Shown here: positions 22,881 to 34,512 of the stretch, piece by piece | How positions within the stretch are numbered: position 1 is the stretch's first letter | How the letters are laid out: each line of letters begins with the position of its first letter | Assembly (NCBI GenBank): GCA_038087875.1 | Contig: JAXLNO010000136.1 | Coordinates: forward strand, 1 to 64,000 | Source of the DNA: Malacoraja senta | Lineage: Eukaryota | Direction: 5' to 3' | Length of the DNA: 64,000 nucleotides | Position numbers and translations under genes: made by a program | The notes under the pieces: generated by a model | What the model saw: the letters and a program-made list of their open reading frames with translations, nothing else | The model's database searches: none | Told to the model about the DNA's origin: nothing

Positions 22881-22964
22881 AGTTGTCTGTGGGACAATAA
22901 TTACCCTCCGACTTGTTGCTTTTTACACAAAGTGGCTGCTTGCATTTCCTTGTCAGAGACGACA

Positions 22965-23420
22965 CACAGAAACAGAATTAGGCCATACGGCCCATCGAGT
23001 CTACCCCACCATTCAATCATGGCTGATCTATCTCGCCCTCCTAACCCCATTCTCCTGCCTTCTCCCCATAACCCTGACACCCGCACTAATCTGCCTTAAA
23101 TATATCCACTGAGTTGTGGCCTCCACCGTCGTCTGTGGCAATGAATCCCACAGATTCACCACCCGCAGGCTAAAGAAATTCCTCCTCATCTCCTTCCTAA
23201 AGGAACGTCCTTTAAATCTGAGGCTGTGCCCGCTGGTCCTAGACTCTCCCATTAGTGGAAACATCTTCTCCACACCCTCTATCCGGGCCTTTCACTGTTC
23301 GGTGACGTTTCAATGCCCCCCCCCCAATCTTCAAAACTCCAGCAAGTACAGGCCCAGCGCCGACAAACGCTCATCGTACGTTAACCCACTCGTTCCTGGG
23401 ATCGTTCTTGTAAACGTTAA
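22965..23420 (-). mobile_element. CR1 3' fragment
   Basis: MFPLMGESRTSGHSLR...NFFSLRVVNLWDSLP. Confidence 0.85.
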
Positions 23421-23859
23421 CTCTTTTGTCTTGCTGATGTGGAGGGATGGATTGTTATCCTGACCATAGGTGCAGGAGTGTGCCATTCGGCCCTTCAGGA
23501 CAGAAGGTTCTCCATGTCTTTCCCATATTCTATCTCATCTTTGCTGCTCATGTGGCTGAAATAGTGTTCTGACCAGTGGACGGACGTCTGGATCCCATTG
23601 GCCTGAGACCCGGCCACAAGTTGTGGGTGGCAGGGTCATGACCCCGAGGGACATTGGCGTCAAGGGTCACGGTGGGGGGAATGTTCTGATCAATTCTAAC
23701 GTCTGAGAAGTGAATAGTGATGATTTGTTAATTCATCATGGCTGAAGCAGGTGGGCTCACCTCTGACTAGACTTTACTGTGGACATTTAAACAGGAAAAG
23801 TAAACTTTCTTTATTAACAATGAATGACCCAGAGAAAGGATAATGTTACTCTTGGAAGT

Positions 23860-24815
23860 TCATAGAGTCACAGCATGGAAACAGTCATGGAAACAGGCCC
23901 TTCCTTCGGCCCAACTAGCCCACCCCGTCCAACATGCCCCATCTACACTAGTCGCACCCCGACCAACATGCCCCATCTACACTAGCCCCACCCAGACCAA
24001 CATGCCCCATCTACACTAGTCCCACCCCGACCAACATGCCCCACTTACACTAGTCCCACCCCGACCAACATGCCCCATCTACACTAGTCCTACCCCGACC
24101 AACATGCCCCATCTACACTAGTCGCACCCCGACCAACATACCACATCTACACTAGTCCCAACCCGACCAACATGCCCCATCTACACTAGTCCCACCCCGA
24201 CCAACATGCCCCATCTACACTAGTCCCACCCCGACCAACATGCCCCATCTACACTAGTCCCACCCCGACCAACATGCCCCATCTACACTAGTCCCACCCC
24301 GACCAACATGACCCATCTACACTAGTCCAACCCCGACCAACATGCCACATCTACACTAGTCCCACCCCGACCAACATGCCCCATCTACACTAGTCCCACC
24401 CCGACCAACAGGCCCCATCTACACTAGTCCCACCCCGACCAACATGCCCCATCTACACTAGTCCCACCCCGACCAACATGACCCATCTACACTAGTCCAA
24501 CCCCGACCAACATGCCCCATCTACACTAGTCCCACCCCGACCAACATGCCCCATCTACACTAGTCCCACCCCGACCAACAGGCCCCATCTACACTAGTCC
24601 CACCCCGACCAACATGCCCCATCTACACTAGTCCCACCCCGACCAACATGCCCCATCTACACTAGTCCCACCTGCCCGCGTTTGTCCCATATCCCTACAA
24701 ACCTGTACTATCCAAGTATCTCTTAAACGTTGTGATAGTCCCTGCCTCAACTACCTCCTCCGGCACCTCGGTCCATACACCCACCACCCTCTGTATGGAA
24801 AAGTTGCCCCTCAGA
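23860..24815 (-). mobile_element. CR1 3' fragment containing an expanded minisatellite
   Basis: Flanks match the CR1 3' end seen unexpanded at 28540-28780. Confidence 0.8.
23915..24672 (+). repeat. 34-bp minisatellite, about 22 copies
   Basis: CCCACCCCGACCAACATGCCCCATCTACACTAGT; 170-bp offset equals 5 units. Confidence 0.97.
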
Positions 24816-24889
24816 TTGACATTATTAATGTGAACCATTTGTGCACAACTCTGCTGGTGTGAGTAATAAATGAAATGATAGATAGCAAA

Positions 24890-25190
24890 AATACAGTGGT
24901 GCAGCGGTAGAGTTGCTGCCTCACAGCGCCAGAGACACGGGTTCCATCCTCAATACGGATGCTGTCTGTACAGAGTTTGCACGTTCTCCCCGTGACCTGC
25001 GTGGGTTTTTCTCCGGGTGCTCCGGTTTCCTTCCGCATTCCAAAGACCTGCTGGTTTGTAGGTTAATTGGCTTCTGTAAAATTGTCCCTAATGTGTGTAG
25101 AATGGAGCTAGTATACGGGGTGATCACTGGTTGGCGATGACTTGTTGGGCCGAAGGGCCTGTTTCCGCGCAGTATCTCTAAAATCTAAAC
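24890..25190 (+). mobile_element. tRNA-derived V-SINE (HE1-like), near full length
   Basis: A-box-like TGGTGCAGCGG, B-box-like GGTTCCATCC, V-domain GAGTTTGCACGTTCTCCCCGTG...CTCCGGTTTCC, CR1-like tail. Confidence 0.88.
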
Positions 25191-26179
25191 AATACCCGGT
25201 GACTTGGCCTCCACCGCCCTCTGTGGCAATGAATTCCACAGATTCACCACTCTCCGGCTAAAGAAATTCCTCCCCATCTGCTTTCTAAAGGCATGAGTGG
25301 GAAAAGCAGAGAGGGTGAGAGGCCAGACACGGGCATGTGGGACTAGCTTCGATAGGCATGGCTGTGTGTTTCTGTGCTGTGGGACTGACGGGGCTCAACA
25401 GGGTAGTAGTTTGATGCTTCACCCTGCAGCAACCCAGGAGAACTGTGTTCCAGATGCTTCATTAGTTTGTTGTTCTGCAGATTGATCGGGAGACGATGAA
25501 ATCGCCCGTTCACACGCAGCCGCCAGAGCAAACAGTGTACATACCGTGATGACAAACGCAATAAATGCAATATCCAGTGCAGAACAGTGCAACATTGTGT
25601 TGCAGAAAGCCCGGGTAGCACGGACAAGAGGGGCCGAAGGGCCTGTCTCCGGGCAGGGCCACCACCGACGCTGTCCATGTGGAGTTTGCTCGCTTCCCCC
25701 TCCGTGGTGGACCGGATGCAGGTCGGGGCAGGGGAGGCGAGCTCAGCCTTCCAAGCCTCAATCCAAGCTCAGCCTTCCTCCCGCGCATCCTAGCCCCGAC
25801 GGGCCGAGTGCCGCCGCCTTCCTCCCCGAACAACAACCGAGGGGAAAAACACAGACGAAACCTCTTCCAACCCCTTGAATCCCTCAGGGAATGCTCCTGT
25901 CCTGTCTTTGAAATCAAGCAGTCACTATTGTGCACGATCAGGCAGCATTATCCTTTTTAAAAAAATATATAGACTAAAGCTGATCAAGTTCAAGTTGGAA
26001 TTTATTGTCACATGCACCAATTATGGTACAGTGATATTTGAGTTACCATACAGCCATACTGAGTAAAAAGCAACAAGACACACAGCCACATAAAATAAAA
26101 TCTAACATAAACATCCAGCACAGCGGAATCACATTGAATGGCGGTGCTGGCTGGAAGGGCCAAAGTTCTCACCACGGAT

Positions 26180-26495
26180 GGCTGACCTGCTGAGTACTAC
26201 CGGCACTTTGGAGGGGAATGGACAGGCGACGTGTCGGGTCTGGACCCTTCTTTAGACTGATGGAGTCGGGGGAGAAAGATGGAAAAAAGGGATGCGGTTG
26301 GGACAGATCCAGGACTTAATTAGGAGGGGGGTGTTTCCTTAATTTGGAGAAATCAATGTTCATGTCATTGGGCTGTAAGCTATGAGGTGCTGTTCCTCCA
26401 GTTTGCGTGTCACCTGACTCTGGCAATGGAGGAGGCCCAGGACAGAAACATCAGTGTGGGAGTAGGAAGGGGAGTTAAAATGGTTGGGAACCGGG
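26180..26495 (-). mobile_element. Penelope-like element: C-terminal endonuclease end plus terminal repeat
   Basis: SVLGLLHCQSQVTRKLEEQHLI...LQPNDMNIDFS; mutated hammerhead motif at about 26228-26257. Confidence 0.75.
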
Positions 26496-26497
26496 AG

Positions 26498-26735
26498 ATC
26501 CAGTTCTGACCTTCTCCATAATTATATTGAAACTAATGGTATTGTGATCACTGGACCCGAAGTGCTCCCCACCACATACCTCCGTCAACTGACCTGTCTC
26601 ATTTCCTAACAGGAGGTCCAGCACTGCCCCTTCTCTAGTAGGTACCTCTATGTATTGCTGCAAAAAACTATCCTGCACACATTTTACACTCCAAATCATC
26701 CAGCCCTTTTACAGAATGTTTCCCAGTCTATGTGG
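26498..26735 (-). mobile_element. CR1 subfamily A endonuclease-region fragment
   Basis: Near-identical reverse complement of about 16610-16850. Confidence 0.9.
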
Positions 26736-27946
26736 CCCGTTAATCCCTACTCTGTGTTTCCTGTCTGCCAACCAATGTTCTATCCATGTCAGCACTCTAC
26801 CCCCAATACCCTATGCCCTAAATGATCTACATGCTTACTTTCAGTCACTGAGGAACAAGGACCCCCAGATCCCGTTGTACCCCCGCATTTCCCAACTTGA
26901 CACCATTTAGATAATAATCTACCTCACATTTATCCACATTAAACTGCATCTGCCATGCATCTGCCCACTCCTCCCAACCTGTCCAAGTCACCCTGCATTC
27001 TCATAGCATCCTCCTCACAGTTCACACTGCCACCCAGCTTTGTGTCATCTGCAAATTTGCTAATGTTACTTTTAAATCTCTTCATTGATGTATATGGTAA
27101 ATAGCTGCCCTCCCAGCACCGAGCCTTGCGGCACCCCACTAGTCACTGCCTGCCATTCTGAAAGGGACCCGTTAATCCCTACTCTGTGTTTCCTGTCTGC
27201 CAACCAATTTTCTATCCGTGTCAGCACTCTACCCCCAATACCCTAATTTTGCCCACTAATCTCCCATGTGGAACCTTATCAAATGCTTTTTGAAAGTCCA
27301 GGTACACTACATCCACTGGCTCTCCCTTGTCCATTTTCCTAGTTACATCCTCAAAAAATTCCAGAAGTTTAGTCAAGCTTGATGTCCCCTTTGTAAATCC
27401 ATGCTGACTCGGACCGATCCTGTTACTGCTATCCAAATATGCGGCTATTTCATCTTTTATAATTGACTCCAGCATCTTCCCCACCACCGATGTCAGGCTA
27501 ACTGGTCTATAATTCCCTGTTTTCTCTCTCCTGCCTTTCTTAAAAAGTGGGATAACATTAGCTACCCTCCAATCCACAGCAACTGATCCTGAATCTATGG
27601 AACATTGGAAAATGATCACCAATGCGTCCACAATTTCTAGAATCACTTCTAAAGTACTATGGGATGCAGACCATCAGGCCCTGGGGATTTATCAGCCTTT
27701 AGTCCCATCAGTCTATCCAACACCATTTCCTGCCTAATGTGGATTTCCTTCAGTTCCTCCCACACCCCAGATCCTCTGGCCACTACTATATCAGGAAGAT
27801 TGTGTGTGTGTCCTCTTTAGTGAAGTCGGATCCAAAGTACCTGTTCAACCCGTCTGCCATTTCCTTGTTCCCCATAATAAATTCAACTTTTTCAGTCTTC
27901 AAGAGTCCAACTTTGCTCATAACTAATGTTTTCCTCTTCACATACG
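26736..27946 (-). mobile_element. Rearranged CR1 RT fragment
   Basis: DWRVANVIPLFKKG...YLDFQKAFDKVPH...FADDTKLGG; 26736-26815 duplicates 27168-27245. Confidence 0.9.
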
Positions 27947-28355
27947 TAAAGAAGGAACAGCAGATGCCGGTTTACAAAGAGAGACACAATCTCCTGGAGT
28001 AACTTGCATGTCTGGAGAGCATGGACAGGCAACATTCTAGCTCAGGACCCTTCTTCAGACTGCTTGGTGTGGGGGGTGGAGAAAGTTGTAAAGGAGAGTA
28101 GGGAGTGGTCACATTAGCTTCCGTTCCCTCTACAGATGCTGCCTGACCTACTGAGTTCCTCCACCGCTTTAGAGGGAAAGGACAGACGACGTTTTGAGTC
28201 AGGACCCTTCTTCAGACTGAGTGGAGAGGGTGGGGGGGGGGGTGAAGATGGAAAAGAGAGATGGGGGCTGGACAAAGCCTGGCAAGTGACAGGTGGACAC
28301 AAAATGCTGTGTAACTCAGCGGGACAGGCAGCATCTCTAGATAGAAGGAATGGGT

Positions 28356-28383
28356 GACGTTTCAGGTTGAGACCCATCTTCAG
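28356..28383 (-). ncRNA. Minimal hammerhead ribozyme motif (best-preserved copy)
   Basis: Minus strand CTGAAGA-T-GGGT-CTCA-ACCT-GAAA-CGTC. Confidence 0.6.
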
Positions 28384-28454
28384 AAGTGATAGGTGGATAT
28401 AGGTGAGGGAGACAGAAGATACGGCAGATGCTGGAATCTTGCATAGAACACAAT

Positions 28455-28781
28455 TTAGTTAGATGCACAGAATCTTTTGCCCAGAGTGGGGGGATCGAGG
28501 ACCAGAGGACATGGGTTCAAGGTGAAGGGGAAAAGATTTAAAAGGAAACTGAGGGGTAACTTTTTCACACAGAGGGTGGTGGAAGTATGGAACAAACTGT
28601 CAGAGGAGGTAGTTGAGGCTGTGACTATCCCAAGAAACAGTTAGACAGTTACATGGATAGGACAAGTTTGGAGGGATATGGACCAAACACAGGCAGGTGG
28701 GTCTAGTGTAGCTGGGACATGTTAGTCGGTGTGGGCAAGTTGGGCCGAAGGGCCTGTTTCCCCACTGTATCACTCTATGAC
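28455..28781 (+). mobile_element. CR1 3' fragment
   Basis: TRGHGFKVKGKRFKRKLRGNFFTQRVV; 3'UTR GGGCCGAAGGGCCTGTTTCC. Confidence 0.85.
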
Positions 28782-28784
28782 TAA

Positions 28785-28990
28785 CACAGGGTGCTGGAGT
28801 AACTCAGCGGGTCAGGCAGCATCTGTGGAGAACATGGATAGGTGACATTCACAGAGTGCTGGAGTAACTCAGCGGGTCGGACAGCATCTGTGGAGAACAT
28901 GGATAGGTGACATTTCAGAGTGCTGGAGTAACTCAGCGGGACAGGCGGCATCTCTGGAGACAAGGAATGGGTGATGTTTCAGGTCGACAC
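28785..28990 (-). repeat. 64-66-bp Penelope-terminal-derived tandem repeat, 3 copies
   Basis: Reverse complement of the unit at 20337-20500. Confidence 0.8.
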
Positions 28991-29058
28991 TGAAGATAGG
29001 TCTCGACCCTGAAAAGTTACACATTCCTTCCAGCATTTTGTGTCTACCAAAACAGCCC

Positions 29059-30279
29059 CTATCTATCCACGTGGCGGTGTGCTAGCAGGCTGGAGGAGCG
29101 GACAAAGATCTTGCTGCAGAGCAGGCAGGTGAAGGGGCGCTGGCCAGTGTGGACTCGTCGGTGCTCCAGCAGGTGGTCAAGGCGGGTGAAACCCTTGCCA
29201 CACTCAGCGCACACATAAGGTTTCTCTCCGGTGTGTATCCGCTGGTGCTCCCGCAGCCCCCGTGCTCTCTTGTCACAGTGGGAGCAGCTGCTCGCCGGCG
29301 TGGGTCCGCCGGTGCTGCCGCAACCCCCGCGAGCTGTCAAACTCCTCACCGCAGTACGGGCAGTCGTAGTGCTGGCCACAGGTGTGCACGCACTGGTGAG
29401 ATAGGGCGTGGGAGGCCATGGTAAAGCGCTCTCCACATACCGGGCTGGGGATGGGACCGTCGCCGGTGTGCACCCGCTGGTGGGACAGCAGATAGGTGGA
29501 GCGGGTGAAGCCCTTGCCGCACTGGGCGCAGGTGTATGGGTGCTCACCGGTGTGGGTGCGCTGGTGGGACAGCGGGTGACAGGACTGGGTGAAGCCCTTG
29601 CCGCACTGGACGCAGGTGTAGGGGCGCTCGCCGGTGTGGGTGCGCTGGTGCCTCAGCAGGCTGCTGGAGAGGGTGAAACCCTTGCCACACTGGGCGCAGG
29701 TGTAGGGGCGCTCGCCAGTGTGGGTGCACTGGTGGGACAGCAGGTTGCCGGAGAGGGCGAATCCCTTGCCACACTGGGCGCAGTTGAAGGGGCGCTCACC
29801 GGTGTGGTTGCGCTGGTGGGACTGCAGGCTGCCAGAGAAGGTGAAACCCTTGCCGCAGTAGCTGCAGGTGTAGGGGCGCTCGCCGGTGTGGGTGCGCTGG
29901 TGGGACAGCAGGTTGCCGGAGAAGGTGAAACCCTTGCCGCACTGGACGCAGGTGTAGGGCCGCTCCCCGGTGTGCACACGCCTGTGCACCTTCAGGTCCA
30001 GCGACGACTTGAAGCCTTTGTCGCAGTCGGAGCAGGTGAAGGGCTGCTCACTGCTGCGCACCCGCCGGTGGTTCCTCAGCCCCGACAACCGGGCAAAATT
30101 CTTGCTGCAGGTGCCGCAGCAATAGGGCTTCTCGCCAGTGTGAACCCGCTTGTGCATCTTCAGCTGTTTCGACATCTTGAAGCTCTTGCCGCACTCCGAG
30201 CAGTCGAAGGGGCGTTCTCCCGTGTGCACCCGCTGGTGGATCTGCAGCCGGCTCAGGCACCGCCAGGCCTTGCCACACA
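29059..30279 (-). pseudogene. Tandem C2H2 zinc-finger exon, 5'-truncated by CR1
   Basis: About 12 fingers with TGERPY linkers to the stop at 29273 (the first partial, two degenerate), plus about 3 more in a shifted frame to 29059. The ORF-track N-terminus (MISHDH...) is CR1 3'UTR. Confidence 0.85.
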
Positions 30280-30378
30280 CATAGATACATAGATACATAG
30301 AAAATAGGTGCAGGAGTAGGCCATTCGGCCCTTCGAGCCTGCACCGCCATTCAATATGATCATGGCTGATCATCCAAC

Positions 30379-33300
30379 TCAGTATCCCGTACCTGCCATC
30401 TCTCCATACCCCCTGATCCCTTTAGCCACAAGGGCCACATCTAACTCGCTCATAAATATAGCCAATGAACTGGCCTCAACTACCCTCTGTGGCAGAGAGT
30501 TCCAGAGATTCACGACTCTCTGTGTGAAAAAGTTTTTCCTCATCTCGGTCTTAAAGGAATTCCCCCTTATCCTTAAGCTGTGACCCCTTAGCCTGTGCAA
30601 CCCCATAAGAATTTTGTACGTTTCTATAAGATCCCCTCTCAATCTCCTAAATTCTAGCGAGTATAAGCCAAGTCTATCCAGTCTTTCTTCATATGAAAGT
30701 CCTGACATCCCAGGAATCAGTCTGGTGAACCTTCTCTGCACTCCCTCTATGGCTATAATGTCCTTCCTCAGATTTGGAGACCAAAACTGTACGCAATACT
30801 CCAGGTGTGGTCTCACCAAGACCCTGTACAACTGCAGTAGAACCTCCCTGCTCCTATACGCAAATCCTCTTGCTACGAAGGCCAACATACCATTCGCTTT
30901 CTTCACTGCCTGCTGCACCTGCATGCCTACTTTCAATGACTGGTGTACCATGACACCCAGGTCTCGCTGCATCTCCCCATTTCCTAATCGGCCACCATTT
31001 AGATAATAGTCTGCCTTCCCGTTTTTGCCACCAAAGTGGATAACCTCACATTTATCCACATTATACTGCATCTGCCAAACATTTGCCCACTCACCCAGCC
31101 TATCCAAGTCATCTTGCAGTCTCCTAGCATCCTCCTCACAGCTAACACTGCCCCCCAGCTTAGTGTCATCCTCAAACTTGGAGATGTTGCTTTCAATTCC
31201 CTCGTCCAGATCATTAATATAAATTGTAAATAGCTGGGGTCCCAGCACTGAGCCTTGCGGTACCCCACTAGTCACTGCCTGCCATTGTGAAAAGGACCCG
31301 TTTACTCCTACTCTTTGCTTCCTGTTTGCCAGCCAGTTCTCTATCCACATCAATACTGAACCCCCAATACCGTGTGATTTAAGTTTGTATCCTAATCTCT
31401 TATGTGGTACCTTGTCGAAAGCCTTCTGAAAGTCCAGATACAACACATCCACTGGTTCTCCCCTATCCACTCTACTAGTTACATCCTCGAAAAATTCTAT
31501 AAGATTCGTCAGACACGATTTCCCTTTCGTAAATCCATGCTGACTTTGTCCAATGATTTCACCACTTTCCAAATGTGCTGCTATCCCATCTTTAATAACT
31601 GACTCTAGCAGTTTCCCCACTACCGATGTTAGACTAACTGGTCTGTAATTCCCCGTTTTCTCTCTCCCTCCCTTCTTAAAATGTGGGGTTACGTTTGCTA
31701 CCCTCCAATCCTCAGGAACTACTCCAGAATCTAAAGAGTTTTGAAAAATTATCACTAATGCATCCACTATTTCTGGAGCTACTTCCTTAAGTACTTTGGG
31801 ATGCAGCCTATCTGACCCTGGTGATTTATCGGCCTTTAATCCATTCAATTTACCCAACACCACTTCCCGACTAACCTGGATTTCACTCAGTTCCTCCATC
31901 TCCTTTGACCCGCGCCCCCCTGCTATTTCCGGCAGATTATTTATGTCTTCCACAGTGAAGACGGAACTAAAGTAGTTATTCAATTGGTCCGCCATATCCT
32001 TGTTCCCCATGATCAATTCACCTGTTTCTGACTGCAAGGGACCTACATTTGTTTTAACTAATCTCTTTCTCTTCACATATCTATAACAACTTTTGCAGTC
32101 AGTTTTTATGTTCCCTGCCAGTTTCCTTTCATAATCTATTTTCCCTTTCCTAATTAAGCCCTTTGTCTGCTGGTCTCTGAATTTCTCCCAGTCCTCTGGT
32201 ATGCTGCTTTTTCTGGCTAATTTGTACGCATCATCTTTTGCTTTGATACTATCCCTGATTTCCCTTGTTATCCACGGATGCACTACCTTCCCTGATTTAT
32301 TCTTTTGCCAAACTGGGATGAACAATTTTTGTAGTTCATCCATGCAGTCTTTAAATGCCTTCCATTGCATATCCACCGTCAACCCATTTAGAACTAATTG
32401 CCAGTCAATCTTGGCCAATTCACGTCTCATACCCTCAAAGTTACCTTTCTTCAAGTTCAGAACCGTTGTTTCTGAATTAACAATGTCACTCTCCATCCTA
32501 ATGAAGAACTCAACCATATTATGGTCACTCTTGCCCAAGGGGGCACGCACAACAAGTCTGCTAACTAACCCTTCCTCATTACTCAATACCCAGTCTAGAA
32601 TAGCCTGCTCTCTCGTTGGTTCCTCTACATGTTGGTTTAGATAACTATCCCTCATACATTCCAAGAAATCCTCTTCCTCAGCACCCCTGCCAATTTGATT
32701 CACCCAATCTATATGTAGATTGAAGTCACCCATTATAACTGTTTTGCCTTTGTTGCACGCATTTCTAATTTCCTGTTTGATGCCATCCCCAACTTCACTA
32801 CTACTGGTAGGTGGCCTGTACACAACACCCACCAGTGTTTTCTGCCCCTTAGTGTTTCGCAGCTCTACCCATACCGATTCCACATCCTCCAAGCTAATGT
32901 CCTTCCTTTCCACTGCGTTAATCTCCTCTCTAACCAGCAACGCTACCCCACCTCCTTTTCCTTTCTCTCTATCCCTCCTGAATATTGAATATCCCTGGAT
33001 GTTCAGCTCCCAGCCTTGGTCACCCTGGAGCCATGTCTCCGTGATCCCAACTATATCATAATCATTAATTGCTATCTGCACGTTCAACTCATCCACCTTA
33101 TTACGAATGCTCCTTGCATTGAGACACAAAGGCTTCAGGCTTGTTTTTACAACGCTCTTACCCCTTATACAATTATGTTGAAAAGTGGCTCTTTCTGATT
33201 TTTGCCCTGGATTTGTCTGCCTGCCACTTTTACTTTTCACCTTGCTACCTATTGCTTCCGCCCGCATTTTACACTCCTCTGTTTCTCTGCTCACCCATTT

Positions 33301-33615
33301 AAGAACCCCACCACCTCTTATTCTCTGTTTATTATTGTTTTCTTCTTTCCCCCCTAGATGTTGGGTCTGAGTGCTTTCCTTCTCTGCCTCCTGCCTCACA
33401 CACTGTCTAATAGCATTCTCTATTTGAGTCCCTCCCCCCAACCGTTCTAGTTTAAAGTCTCCCCAGTAGCCTTTGCAGATCTCCCCGCCAGGATATCGGT
33501 CCCCTTCAGGTTCAAGTGCAACCCATCCTTTTTGTACAGGTCGAACCTTCCACAAAAGAGGTCCCAATGATCCAGAAATTTGAATCCCTGCCTTCTGCAC
33601 CAGTCCTTCAGCCAC
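30379..33615 (-). CDS. CR1 ORF2 (APE endonuclease plus RT); open but probably defective; true start likely near 33.2 kb
   Basis: NARSI, ITETWL, MGDFN, KSDH, GVPQGSVLGP, FEDD in place of FADD, KSPGSD in place of KSPGPD; in-frame deletion before RGHSL. Confidence 0.9.
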   Translation of the reverse strand: MAEGLVQKAGIQISGSLGPLLWKVRPVQKGWVALEPEGDRYPGGEICKGYWGDFKLERLGGGTQIENAIRQCVRQEAEKESTQTQHLGGKEENNNKQRIRGGGVLKWVSRETEECKMRAEAIGSKVKSKSGRQTNPGQKSERATFQHNCIRGKSVVKTSLKPLCLNARSIRNKVDELNVQIAINDYDIVGITETWLQGDQGWELNIQGYSIFRRDREKGKGGGVALLVREEINAVERKDISLEDVESVWVELRNTKGQKTLVGVVYRPPTSSSEVGDGIKQEIRNACNKGKTVIMGDFNLHIDWVNQIGRGAEEEDFLECMRDSYLNQHVEEPTREQAILDWVLSNEEGLVSRLVVRAPLGKSDHNMVEFFIRMESDIVNSETTVLNLKKGNFEGMRRELAKIDWQLVLNGLTVDMQWKAFKDCMDELQKLFIPVWQKNKSGKVVHPWITREIRDSIKAKDDAYKLARKSSIPEDWEKFRDQQTKGLIRKGKIDYERKLAGNIKTDCKSCYRYVKRKRLVKTNVGPLQSETGELIMGNKDMADQLNNYFSSVFTVEDINNLPEIAGGRGSKEMEELSEIQVSREVVLGKLNGLKADKSPGSDRLHPKVLKEVAPEIVDALVIIFQNSLDSGVVPEDWRVANVTPHFKKGGREKTGNYRPVSLTSVVGKLLESVIKDGIAAHLESGEIIGQSQHGFTKGKSCLTNLIEFFEDVTSRVDRGEPVDVLYLDFQKAFDKVPHKRLGYKLKSHGIGGSVLMWIENWLANRKQRVGVNGSFSQWQAVTSGVPQGSVLGPQLFTIYINDLDEGIESNISKFEDDTKLGGSVSCEEDARRLQDDLDRLGEWANVWQMQYNVDKCEVIHFGGKNGKADYYLNGGRLGNGEMQRDLGVMVHQSLKVGMQVQQAVKKANGMLAFVARGFAYRSREVLLQLYRVLVRPHLEYCVQFWSPNLRKDIIAIEGVQRRFTRLIPGMSGLSYEERLDRLGLYSLEFRRLRGDLIETYKILMGLHRLRGHSLRIRGNSFKTEMRKNFFTQRVVNLWNSLPQRVVEASSLAIFMSELDVALVAKGIRGYGEMAGTGY

Positions 33616-34366
33616 GCATTTATCCTCCAGCTCGCTCCATTCCTACTCTCACTGTCGCGTGGCACAGGCAGTAATCCCGAGATTGTTACCTTTGCTGTCC
33701 TTCTCTTTAACTCCCCCCCTAACTCCCTAAATTCTCCTTTCAGGACCTATGTCATTGGTACCTATATGTATCACGACCTCGGGCTCCTCTCCCTGCCCTT
33801 TCAGGATGTTTTGGACACGTTGAGAAACATCACAGACCCTGGCACCAGGGAGGCAAACTACCATCCGGGACTCCCGACTGCGTCCACAGAATCGCCTGTC
33901 TGACCCCCTAACTATAGAGTCCCCTATTAATATTGCCCTCCTCTTCTTTTCCTTACCCTTCTGAGCAACAGGAGCGGTCTCTATACCGGAGGCCCGGCCG
34001 CTGTCGCTACCCCCAGGTAGGCTGTCCACCCCAACAGTGCTCAAACATGGAGTACTTATTGTCAAGGTGTACAGCCACCGGGGTACTCTCTAGTCCCTGC
34101 CTGTGCCCCTTGCCTCTCCCAACCGTGATCCACTTGCCTGCCTCCTGTGGTGTTGGAGTGACCACATCCCTGTAACTCCTCTCGATGACTTCCTCGTTCT
34201 CCCTGACCAGACGGAGGACATCGAGCTGCTGCTCCAGGTTCCTAATACGGTCCATTAGGAGCCCCATCTCGATACACCTGACGCAGATGTGGACGTCTGG
34301 AGGGTTATCAGACTCCATGACTTCCCACATCTGACATCCAGAACAGTAAACTGCCCTGGCCCTCAT
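33447..34366 (-). pseudogene. CR1 ORF1 (zinc finger/leucine zipper plus SGNH esterase), split into three pieces
   Basis: CSGC...CVRC, LEQQLDVL, IGDSIVRG, HIGTND, DGLHLN. Confidence 0.88.
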
Positions 34367-34386
34367 ACTCCCCTTACCCTGGATAG

Positions 34387-34512
34387 AATATAAAACAAAC
34401 TGCTACAATACAAAACAAACTGCTACAATACAAAACAAACTGATACAATAGAAAACAAACTGCTACAATACAAAACAAACTGCTACAATACAAAACAAAC
34501 TGCTACAATACA
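34387..34512. repeat. 20-bp tandem repeat, about 6 copies, in the CR1 5'UTR
   Basis: CAAAACAAACTGCTACAATA. Confidence 0.95.

Noticed and set aside
24890..24960. tRNA gene
   Set aside because: A and B boxes belong to a SINE head; no complete cloverleaf seen.
29408..30292. 294-aa plus-strand ORF
   Set aside because: Antisense of the zinc-finger repeats.
30379..34366. Active autonomous CR1
   Set aside because: ORF1 is split; ORF2 has FEDD, KSPGSD and an in-frame C-terminal deletion.
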